Shown here: in pieces, positions 1 to 7,621 of the stretch
How the letters are laid out: the number at the start of each line of letters is the position of its first letter
How positions within the stretch are numbered: position 1 is the first letter of the stretch
Source of the DNA: a virus
Taxonomy: Duplodnaviria; Heunggongvirae; Uroviricota; Caudoviricetes
Direction: 5' to 3' (one strand)
Virus record (IMG/VR): IMGVR_UViG_2909288124_000002
DNA length: 35,851 nt
Notes under the pieces: model-generated
The model's database searches: none
Told to the model about the DNA's origin: nothing
Seen by the model: only the letters and a program-made list of their open reading frames with translations
Program-made: the position numbers and the translations under genes

Positions 1-234
1 ATGAAATCAAAAGACACCCTAAAGTGGTTCCCTGCGCAGCTTCCTGAAGTAAGAATTATCCTAGGGGATGCTGTAGTGGAAGTAGCAAAACAGGGAAGAC
101 CTATCAATACCAGAACATTGCTTGATTACATTGAAGGAAACATAAAGAAAAAATCATGGCTGGATAACAAAGAATTATTACAAACAGCGATATCAGTTCT
201 TAAAGACAACCAAAATTTAAATGGTAAAATGTAA
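1..234 (+). CDS. ydfK: YdfK/YnaE-family prophage protein (77 aa); window begins at its ATG
   Basis: 77-aa ORF MKSKDTLKWFPAQLPEVRIILGDAVVEVAKQGRPINTRTLLDYIEGNIKK... recognised as the YdfK/YnaE family that sits next to pin in Qin/Rac prophages; recalled from memory, not searched. Confidence 0.6.
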   Translation: MKSKDTLKWFPAQLPEVRIILGDAVVEVAKQGRPINTRTLLDYIEGNIKKKSWLDNKELLQTAISVLKDNQNLNGKM

Positions 235-540
235 TATAATAAACTTACTTTTTTATCATTTTTCCACTTTAACAACATTTTGCTCCACTTTTCCACGACC
301 AAACAACTTGAAATTTGGTTAAAATAACACGCAACACTATTCTTCTTCCTTGAGTCCGCCCGGAACTCGAAAAACAAACCGAGTTAAAGCCATTTTTCAC
401 AAAATCGATTTTGGGTCTCACCAAAGTTACGGGGTTGCATACGCATTCGTTTATTTTCGAACGTGTACATACAAATATGCACAAAAATAATCAAAATTAT
501 TTTCTGAGATGCATTATGATATGAACACCAATTTCGTATA

Positions 541-549
541 GAGTCTCAC
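541..549. repeat. Left copy of 9-bp target site duplication GAGTCTCAC flanking IS1
   Basis: Identical 9-mer GAGTCTCAC directly abuts both IS1 termini (541-549 and 1318-1326). Confidence 0.85.
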
Positions 550-564
550 GGTAATGACTCCAAC

Positions 565-1068
565 TTATTGATAGTGTTTTATGTTCAGATAATGCCCGAT
601 GACTTTGTCATGCAGCTCCACCGATTTTGAGAACGACAGCGACTTCCGTCCCAGCCGTGCCAGGTGCTGCCTCAGATTCAGGTTATGCCGCTCAATTCGC
701 TGCGTATATCGCTTGCTGATTACGTGCAGCTTTCCCTTCAGGCGGGATTCATACAGCGGCCAGCCATCCGTCATCCATATCACCACGTCAAAGGGTGACA
801 GCAGGCTCATAAGACGCCCCAGCGTCGCCATAGTGCGTTCACCGAATACGTGCGCAACAACCGTCTTCCGGAGCCTGTCATACGCGTAAAACAGCCAGCG
901 CTGGCGCGATTTAGCCCCGACGTATCCCCACTGTTCGTCCATTTCCGCGCAGACGATGACGTCACTGCCCGGCTGTATGCGCGAGGTTACCGACTGCGGC
1001 CTGAGTTTTTTAAATGGCGGAAAATCGTGTTGAGGCCAACGCCCATAATGCGGGCGGTTGCCCGGCAT
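565..1068 (-). CDS. insB: IS1 InsB reading frame (167 aa); expressed as InsAB' by -1 frameshift at A6C motif (plus coords 1005-1011)
   Basis: [19 protein letters not shown]...[10 protein letters not shown]... is IS1 InsB; AAAAAAC slippery motif is present on the minus strand in the insA/insB overlap. Confidence 0.9.
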   Translation of the reverse strand: MPGNRPHYGRWPQHDFPPFKKLRPQSVTSRIQPGSDVIVCAEMDEQWGYVGAKSRQRWLFYAYDRLRKTVVAHVFGERTMATLGRLMSLLSPFDVVIWMTDGWPLYESRLKGKLHVISKRYTQRIERHNLNLRQHLARLGRKSLSFSKSVELHDKVIGHYLNIKHYQ

Positions 1069-1262
1069 CCAACGCCATTCATGGCCATATCAATGATTTT
1101 CTGGTGCGTACCGGGTTGAGAAGCGGTGTAAGTGAACTGCAGTTGCCATGTTTTACGGCAGTGAGAGCAGAGATAGCGCTGATGTCCGGCAGTGCTTTTG
1201 CCGTTACGCACCACCCCGTCAGTAGCTGAACAGGAGGGACAGCTGATAGAAACAGAAGCCAC
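987..1262 (-). CDS. insA: IS1 InsA (91 aa)
   Basis: [46 protein letters not shown]... is the IS1 InsA zinc-finger/HTH protein. Confidence 0.93.
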   Translation of the reverse strand: MASVSISCPSCSATDGVVRNGKSTAGHQRYLCSHCRKTWQLQFTYTASQPGTHQKIIDMAMNGVGCRATARIMGVGLNTIFRHLKNSGRSR

Positions 1263-1317
1263 TGGAGCACCTCAAAAACACCATCATACACTAAATCAGT
1301 AAGTTGGCAGCATCACC

Positions 1318-1326
1318 GAGTCTCAC
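1318..1326. repeat. Right copy of 9-bp IS1 target site duplication GAGTCTCAC
   Basis: Exact repeat of 541-549; ends 1 nt before the invertase ATG at 1328. Confidence 0.85.
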
Positions 1327-1327
1327 T

Positions 1328-1918
1328 ATGTCTCGAATTTTTGCTTACTGTCGGATATCAACGCTGGATCAGACCACCGAAAATCAACGCCGGGAAATCG
1401 AAAGTGCAGGTTTTAAAATCAAACCTCAGCAAATAATCGAAGAACACATTAGCGGCTCAGCAGCAACCAGTGAGCGTCCTGGTTTTAACCGGTTGCTTGC
1501 TCGCCTGAAATGTGGTGATCAATTGATTGTGACAAAACTGGATCGCCTTGGTTGTAATGCAATGGATATCAGGAAAACAGTGGAACAACTGACCGAAACA
1601 GGTATCAGAGTGCATTGCTTAGCATTGGGGGGCATTGACCTGACCAGTCCAACAGGAAAAATGATGATGCACGTAATTTCAGCAGTCGCTGAATTTGAAC
1701 GAGACCTTTTACTTGAACGCACTCATTCCGGGATAGTAAGAGCCCGCGGCGCAGGGAAACGTTTTGGTCGACCACCTGTGTTAAATGAAGAACAGAAACA
1801 GGTGGTATTCGAACGAATTAAGTCAGGTGTAAGTATAAGTGCCATTGCCCGGGAATTCAAAACCTCGCGGCAAACCATTTTAAGAGCCAAAGCAAAACTT
1901 CAGACACCTGACATATAA
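1328..1918 (+). CDS. pinQ: Serine recombinase, Pin-type DNA invertase (196 aa)
   Basis: ORF from ATG at 1328: [29 protein letters not shown]... with N-terminal catalytic Ser motif and C-terminal HTH ([19 protein letters not shown]). The ORF-track start at 1304 lies inside IS1 and is rejected. Symbol is from memory of Qin/Rac Pin proteins. Confidence 0.8.
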   Translation: MSRIFAYCRISTLDQTTENQRREIESAGFKIKPQQIIEEHISGSAATSERPGFNRLLARLKCGDQLIVTKLDRLGCNAMDIRKTVEQLTETGIRVHCLALGGIDLTSPTGKMMMHVISAVAEFERDLLLERTHSGIVRARGAGKRFGRPPVLNEEQKQVVFERIKSGVSISAIAREFKTSRQTILRAKAKLQTPDI

Positions 1919-2027
1919 AAAATAATCTCGGTGTGAGATGCTTTACGTCTTCCAAGCCCCCTTCCTTGCCGTAAATGGAAAGATACATCTAATTATAGAA
2001 TTTATATGTTTTACCCTACGGCAGTGC

Positions 2028-2031
2028 TGGC
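2028..2031. repeat. Left copy of putative 4-bp target site duplication TGGC flanking the IS3-family element
   Basis: TGGC at 2028-2031 and again at 3253-3256, immediately outside the TGACC...GGTCA termini. Confidence 0.6.
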
Positions 2032-2102
2032 TGACCTGCTCCCCGTTGATTAGTACACCCCGATGTTAGTAATGTCTTCATAAGCCACATGAGGACATCC
2101 CC

Positions 2103-2366
2103 ATGAAGAAGCGTTTTTCCGACGAACAGATCATCAGTATTCTCCGCGAAGCCGAAGCTGGGGTACCCGCCCGTGAACTCTGCCGCAAGCATGCCATTTC
2201 CGATGCCACGTTTTACACCTGGCGTAAGAAGTATGGCGGTATGGAGGTGCCTGAAGTTAAGCGCCTGAAGTCGCTTGAGGAAGAGAACACCAGACTCAAG
2301 AAGCTGCTTGCCGAAGCCATGCTGGATAAAGAGGCGCTTCAGGTGGCTCTTGGGCGAAAGTACTGA
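2103..2366 (+). CDS. IS3-family transposase OrfA (HTH, leucine-zipper region)
   Basis: 87-aa [49 protein letters not shown]... typical of IS3/IS407-group OrfA. Confidence 0.85.
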   Translation: MKKRFSDEQIISILREAEAGVPARELCRKHAISDATFYTWRKKYGGMEVPEVKRLKSLEEENTRLKKLLAEAMLDKEALQVALGRKY

Positions 2367-2389
2367 CGACAGACCAGAAGCGGGAAGCC

Positions 2390-3223
2390 GTGATGTTGAT
2401 GTGTGATGCGACCGGTCTGTCGCAACGTCGTGCCTGCAGGCTTACAGGTTTATCCCTGTCGACCTGCCGCTATGAGGCTCACCGTCCGGCTGCTGATGCG
2501 CATTTATCAGGGCGCATCACTGAGCTGGCACTGGAGCGCAGGCGTTTTGGCTACCGTCGTATTTGGCAGTTGCTGCGCCGTGAAGGGCTTCATGTTAATC
2601 ATAAGCGCGTGTACCGGCTTTATCACCTCAGTGGCCTGGGCGTAAAACGCAGAAGACGTCGTAAAGGGCTGGCAACAGAACGTCTGCCGCTGCTCCGTCC
2701 GGCGGCGCCCAATCTGACCTGGTCGATGGATTTCGTCATGGACGCACTTTCCACCGGTCGCAGGATCAAGTGTCTTACCTGCGTCGATGATTTCACAAAG
2801 GAATGCCTGACGGTCACTGTTGCCTTTGGGATTTCAGGCGTTCAGGTCACGCGTATTCTGGACAGCATTGCACTGTTTCGAGGCTATCCGGCGACGATAA
2901 GAACTGACCAGGGGCCGGAGTTCACTTGCCGTGCACTGGATCAATGGGCCTTTGAGCATGGTGTTGAGTTGCGCTTAATCCAGCCGGGCAAGCCAACGCA
3001 GAACGGATTTATTGAGAGCTTTAACGGACGATTTCGCGATGAATGTTTGAATGAGCACTGGTTCAGCGATATCGTTCATGCCAGGAAAATTATTAATGAC
3101 TGGCGGCAGGATTATAACGAATGCCGCCCGCACTCCACGCTGAATTATCAGACACCGTCTGAATTTGCAGCGGGCTGGAGAAAGGGTCATTCTGAGAATG
3201 AAGATTCCGACGTTACTAACTGA
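2390..3223 (+). CDS. IS3-family transposase OrfB (DDE integrase core); probably made as OrfAB fusion by -1 frameshift
   Basis: ORF (GTG-initiated in the ORF track) with DDE residues: ...WSMDFV..., ...IRTDQGPEF..., ...[13 protein letters not shown]...; frame is -1 relative to orfA. The slippery site was not located. Confidence 0.85.
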   Translation: MMLMCDATGLSQRRACRLTGLSLSTCRYEAHRPAADAHLSGRITELALERRRFGYRRIWQLLRREGLHVNHKRVYRLYHLSGLGVKRRRRRKGLATERLPLLRPAAPNLTWSMDFVMDALSTGRRIKCLTCVDDFTKECLTVTVAFGISGVQVTRILDSIALFRGYPATIRTDQGPEFTCRALDQWAFEHGVELRLIQPGKPTQNGFIESFNGRFRDECLNEHWFSDIVHARKIINDWRQDYNECRPHSTLNYQTPSEFAAGWRKGHSENEDSDVTN

Positions 3224-3249
3224 GTGTTGTATCTAATCGTGGGGGCAGG

Positions 3250-3816
3250 TCATGGCCATTCAATATCCTGTGCAGTTGACGTATCAACACGGTTCAGCAA
3301 TACCCGATACTTTTTCCATGCTTCCAGCAACGAGATTTCTTCCTCCGTTGCAATTTCCAGATCTGCAGCATCCTGAAGCGGCGCAATATGCTCACTGGCT
3401 ACCTGCATCAGGTTGTTTTTTGTTTCTTCCGCCTCCCGGATCCGGAACAGTTTTTCTGCTTCCGTATCCTTCACCCAGGCTGTGCCGTTCCACTTCTGAA
3501 ACTCCCCTTCCGGCGATAACCAGGTAACATTTTCCGGTAACGGACCGAGTTCAGAAATAAATAACGCGTCGCCGGAAGCCACGTCATAAACCGTTTTACC
3601 CCGATGATCTTCAACGAGATGCCACGATGACTCATCACTGTTGAAAACAGCCACGAAGCCAGCCGGAATATCTGGCGGTGCAATATCGGTACTGTTTGCT
3701 GGCAGACCTGTATGAGGCGGAATATATGCATCACCTTCACCAATAAATTCATTAGTTCCGGCCAGCAGATTATAAATTTTTATGGTCCGTGGTTGTTCAC
3801 TCATTCTGAATGCCAT
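3250..3816 (-). CDS. tfa: Tail fiber assembly protein Tfa (lambda Tfa-like), C-terminus truncated by the IS insertion
   Basis: 188-aa [42 protein letters not shown]... matches lambda Tfa; the stop codon TGA is supplied by the IS terminus (3250-3252). Confidence 0.88.
3253..3256. repeat. Right copy of putative 4-bp target site duplication TGGC
   Basis: See 2028-2031. Confidence 0.6.
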
Positions 3817-6800
3817 TATGCAAGCCTCACAATATAGTTAAATGCGATGTTTTTGACGGTGTTTTCCGCGTTACCAGCAGCGTTAACGGTGATGGTGTGT
3901 CCATGTGAACCAATCGCAACGGAGTGCGTATGAGCACCAATACCGACAGTATGCGCGTGTGCACCTGCAGATGCTGCTGTGCCGGACAGTGAGTGGCTAT
4001 GATTACCATCTGTACTGGTATTAGCTAACCACCCCGTAGACATACCTACTGAGCCTTGTACACCCCAGGTATTTTGACCTGAGCTTGTATAACCATATTG
4101 ATAAGTATCTTTAAAAACACTGGGGTTAAATCGACGGCCATCTCTATGGCTGTGATTACCAGCTGCATTCGTGCTGCCACTTAAACTATGGGTATGCGCA
4201 CCAGTGTTATTCGTGGATTTAGTGCCGTAATCAAACGACGATGTGGTTTTCGTCCCCAAATCCGTACTGGATGCGCTGGCGCTGTGGGTATGCGATTTAA
4301 TGCCGTCCTGTTCCTGAGACAATACGGCCCGACCACTGGCAGGTTTGCCCTTAATCGTCCAGCCACGCATATCAGGGATCACGCCTGACGGATAAGCCGC
4401 TGCAAGTTTCGGGTATGCAGATTTGTCAAAAGTCTGCCCCTGCATCAGGGCATAGCCAGACGGAACGGTATCTGATGGCCACGGGATTGGTGCACCGACT
4501 GGATAAAACTCTGCAGGAGGATGAGCCGAGGTGTAAAGCTGCGCCCACGGCGACCAGTTTGCGTCGGTCGTATCCCGTCGTGAACGAATAAATGCCGGAG
4601 CATGAGCACCGCTTGTACCACTCCAGCCGATGAGTAACTCACCTTCGCCAACGGCTGTCATCCCTTTCAGGTGAATGATATTTCCATACGCTGTTGGATA
4701 TCCGTTGTTATACACCTCGTATAACTCAAGACCTGCTGCCCCCTGCGTATTGTCTGTCAGCGCGGTTACCCGACCTTTTGAAGCCAGATTAACTGATGAT
4801 ACTGCTGTTCCACCTGACGGTAACGCCCCGATCTCTGATGCCGTTGGCTTATTTCTGGAGTTATAGTCCCTTCGCCAGCCAGGTGAATAATCTGTTCCGT
4901 GATTAATATAGGTAAACTGGGCGTTAGTTGTTCCACCACCAGTGGAGGTGGTCGGTGTGGTAATGCGGATCGTCATCGCTGACTTTATCCCCATTACTTC
5001 AATGACAGCTCCGGCGAGATGAATATTACCGCAGTCAGTATCAGTAATGATTTTATTATTGCCATAAGACCAGGAACCCTTGCACATCCAGTATGGATGG
5101 TTAAATGCTCCCTGAGAATCCAGCCACTCGATAAACTGTGCAGTCGTCCAGTTTCCTGTTGTTGTGCTTACTGACCCACCGAAGGCACGGCAGGCACCAA
5201 TATTTTTCGTAAAGGTATCTTTGCCAGGGATATCCGCACCGTTCTGATCTTTCTGCAGACGTTTCTCAGCATTGTCATTGGCTGCTTTTACTGCCTTTGG
5301 TGTCGCGGCAAGCGTTTCAGACGTGCTGTTGGTCGCGCTGCTTAGCTGGATTATCCCTTTCTGTGCTGTCGTTGCATCCTGTGCGGTGTATTTCCCGTTA
5401 GCCAGGTCATACGCGGCCTTAACGGCTTTTGGTGTTGCCGCCAGTGACTCGGAAGTGCTGTTAGTCGCACTACTGAGCTGTACTATCCCCTTTTTCGTCG
5501 TGCTCGCATCCTCAAGCGCCACGGCGGATGCAATATCCTCTGCCCGTTTTGCTGCTGTCTCGGCGCGCGTTGCTGCGGATTCTGCCGTACTTTTGCTCTG
5601 TGCTGCCGCTGCCGCACTGCCAGCAGCCTCTGTCGCCTTCGTGGATGCCGTCGTGGCGCTGCCCCTCGCTGCTGACGCCTGTCTGGTCGCCTCATCTTTT
5701 GAAGCAGACGCCGATGATGCCGATGACGCCGCCGAACTGGCGGACGATGCGGCAGCCGTTTTTGAGGATTCTGCGCTGGTTTCCGACGCTTTCGCGTTCG
5801 TTTCGGATGTCTTCGCTGCGGAAGCAGACCTCGCTGCTGCGCTGGCCTGTTCAGTGGCTTCGCCAGCCTTCGTTGTGGCTGTTGAAGCGGATGATGCGGC
5901 GCTTTCTGCCGATTTTCCGGCGGCGGTGGCACTGACTGCTGCCTCCTCTGCCTTAATGGACGCCTCACGGGCCGATGATGCAGCTGTTGTCTCAGAGTCT
6001 GCCGCAGCTGAGGCGCTCTGTTCCGCTGCCGTTTCAGAAGACTTAGCATTCGTCTCGGACGTTTTTGCCGCCTTCACGGAATTTCCTGCCGCCGTTGCCG
6101 AGGAGGCTGCACTGCTGGCGCTTGTGGAGGCGTTCGTTTCTGATGATTTTGCCGCCTCTTTGGAGGCCGCCGCATCCCGGGCTGAAGTGGCGGCTTCTGA
6201 CGCTTTCGTCGTCGCAGTGGATGCAGAAGTGGCTGCTGATTTTTGTGACGCTGCAGCATTCGTTTCTGACGTTTTCGCGGCACCGGCACTGGTGGCCGCC
6301 GCGCTTTTTGAGGACTCTGCAGCGGCAGCACTTTTTGATGCTTCAGTGGCCTTTGTTGATGCCGTTCCTGCGCTGGAAGACGCCTCCTGAGCCGACGTCG
6401 CGGCCTGTCCGGCTGACGTGCTGGCTGCACGCGCTGAGCCTGCAGCATCAGTCGCATGGGTTGCCGCCTCACTGGCAGATGTGCCGGCATCACTGGCTGA
6501 CTTCTTCGCGGCTGCCGTGTTCTGTGCCACCGCGGACGCGTTACGCGCCACCTCTTCCACCATCAGTTCAAAACGGCGCAGAGCCTCCGGACGGGCATCA
6601 TCCTCCGTCATGGCACCGAGAAAATCATTCAGCGTACCGGGTCGGGAATCTTCATACACGGTGATGGTCCCGGCATGTGACGGCGGGAATCCTTCCACCA
6701 ACAGAATAACGCTGTACTGACCGTACTCAACGTCCATGCTGTAACGCCCGGCTTCATCCGGATTTTCTGAGGCCAGCGTGTTCACCACCACCGTGGTGCT

Positions 6801-6887
6801 GTTACGTTTTGCTTTCAGCTGGATTGTGCAGTTCTGTACCGGTTTTCCTGTGCCGTCTTTCAGTACACCTGAAATCTTTACTGCCAT
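3816..6887 (-). CDS. stf: Side tail fiber protein Stf (lambda Stf-like, long form, about 1023 aa)
   Basis: N-terminus [26 protein letters not shown]... and C-terminus ...[24 protein letters not shown] match lambda Stf; ATG at 6887 follows a GGGG Shine-Dalgarno (ORF track begins 2 codons earlier at GTG 6893). Confidence 0.9.
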
Positions 6888-6894
6888 ATTCACC

Positions 6895-6926
6895 CCACAA
6901 AAAAGCCCGCCTGAACCGGCGGGCTG
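6895..6926 (-). terminator. Putative intrinsic terminator downstream of lom, overlapping the stf ribosome-binding region
   Basis: Minus-strand hairpin AGCCCGCC-GGTTCA-GGCGGGCT followed by TTTTTTG. Confidence 0.55.
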
Positions 6927-6951
6927 TCATAACACTGTGTTACCTGGCTAA

Positions 6952-7551
6952 TCAGAACTTATAACCGACACCCACGATGAAACCGTCAGTGCGCCAGTCG
7001 CCACTGCCGGAGCCTTCATAAGCAATATCAATGGCCACGGATTCGGTCGGGTTAAACTGCACGCCAGCTCCCCACGCCAGAGACGTGTTGCTGTGGCGAC
7101 CGTCATCACTTCCGGTCAGCACGTCGTGCGTTTTCCCCTTGTTGTCAGTTACGCGGAGATAATCCCCGGAGAAAGTCGACACACGGCTGTAAGCCACACC
7201 CGCCATCGCATACGCGCTGAACCATTCATTCACGCGCACAGACGGCCCCGCCATTACGCTGAACCAGCGGTTACGAACGGAATCTTCATGCCAGCGGGTA
7301 TCGCTGTAACGGGTCAGCTGGCGATTCTTGTCTCCTGCATAGCTGAATGACGTCACCAGCCCCAGCGTATCCGTAAACTCATAACGGTATTTCACGTTAA
7401 TCCCGTTCAGATCATCACTGCCGGGAACGTTGGTCCGGGCATGAAGATACCCCGCGCTCAGCGTGGACTGATGTTCAGACGCCCATGCAGGCGCACCGGA
7501 TACGGCCAGACAAATGGCTGCGGACAAAATGGCTGCACAAACTTTACGCAT
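6952..7551 (-). CDS. lom: Lom outer membrane protein (Ail/Lom family)
   Basis: 199-aa ORF with signal peptide MRKVCAAILSAAICLAVSGAPAWA and beta-barrel-like C-terminus ending ...GVGYKF; sits between J and stf as in lambda. Confidence 0.9.
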   Translation of the reverse strand: MRKVCAAILSAAICLAVSGAPAWASEHQSTLSAGYLHARTNVPGSDDLNGINVKYRYEFTDTLGLVTSFSYAGDKNRQLTRYSDTRWHEDSVRNRWFSVMAGPSVRVNEWFSAYAMAGVAYSRVSTFSGDYLRVTDNKGKTHDVLTGSDDGRHSNTSLAWGAGVQFNPTESVAIDIAYEGSGSGDWRTDGFIVGVGYKF

Positions 7552-7621
7552 AATTACCTCTCGCTTTTCTGCAATAAAAAAGGCGTCATTCCTGACGCCA
7601 TTTATTGGGGTTATAAATATT

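Larger units (their letters stand above)
550..1317 (-). mobile_element. IS1 insertion sequence (768 bp)
   Basis: Terminal inverted repeats GGTAATGACTCCAACTTATTGAT (550-) and ...ATCAGTAAGTTGGCAGCATCACC (-1317); contains insA and insB ORFs; flanked by 9-bp direct repeats. Confidence 0.95.
2032..3252 (+). mobile_element. IS3-family insertion sequence (IS407-group-like, about 1221 bp)
   Basis: Imperfect terminal inverted repeats TGACCTGCTCCCCGTTGATTAGTACAC (2032-) versus reverse complement of the right end TGACCTGCCCCCACGATTAGATACAAC (-3252); 5'-TG...CA-3' ends; orfA/orfB arrangement in a -1 frame relationship. Confidence 0.8.

Noticed and set aside
366-400. gix/hix-like crossover half-site (AAACCGAG) upstream of pin
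   Set aside because: Only about 8 nt resemble the core as recalled from memory, and no convincing 26-bp dyad or inverted partner site was found.
1304-1327. Upstream start of the invertase ORF as given in the ORF track (MAASPSLT...)
   Set aside because: The extension begins inside the IS1 terminal repeat; the conserved recombinase N-terminus starts at the ATG at 1328 ([15 protein letters not shown]).
2340-2400. Canonical A-AAA-AAG slippery heptamer for the IS3-family orfAB frameshift
   Set aside because: The orfA/orfB overlap (about 2350-2366) contains GCGAAAG but not the classical heptamer; the frameshift is inferred from frame geometry only.
5272-6720. Long ORFs overlapping or antisense to stf (5272..6390 +, 5483..6049 -, 5528..5935 +, 6065..6664 +, 6074..6493 -, 6418..6720 +)
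   Set aside because: They lie entirely within the Ala/Ser/Thr-rich repeat region of stf; GC-rich repetitive codons leave alternative frames open. Their translations are low-complexity Ala/Arg/Pro/Leu strings with no recognisable domains.
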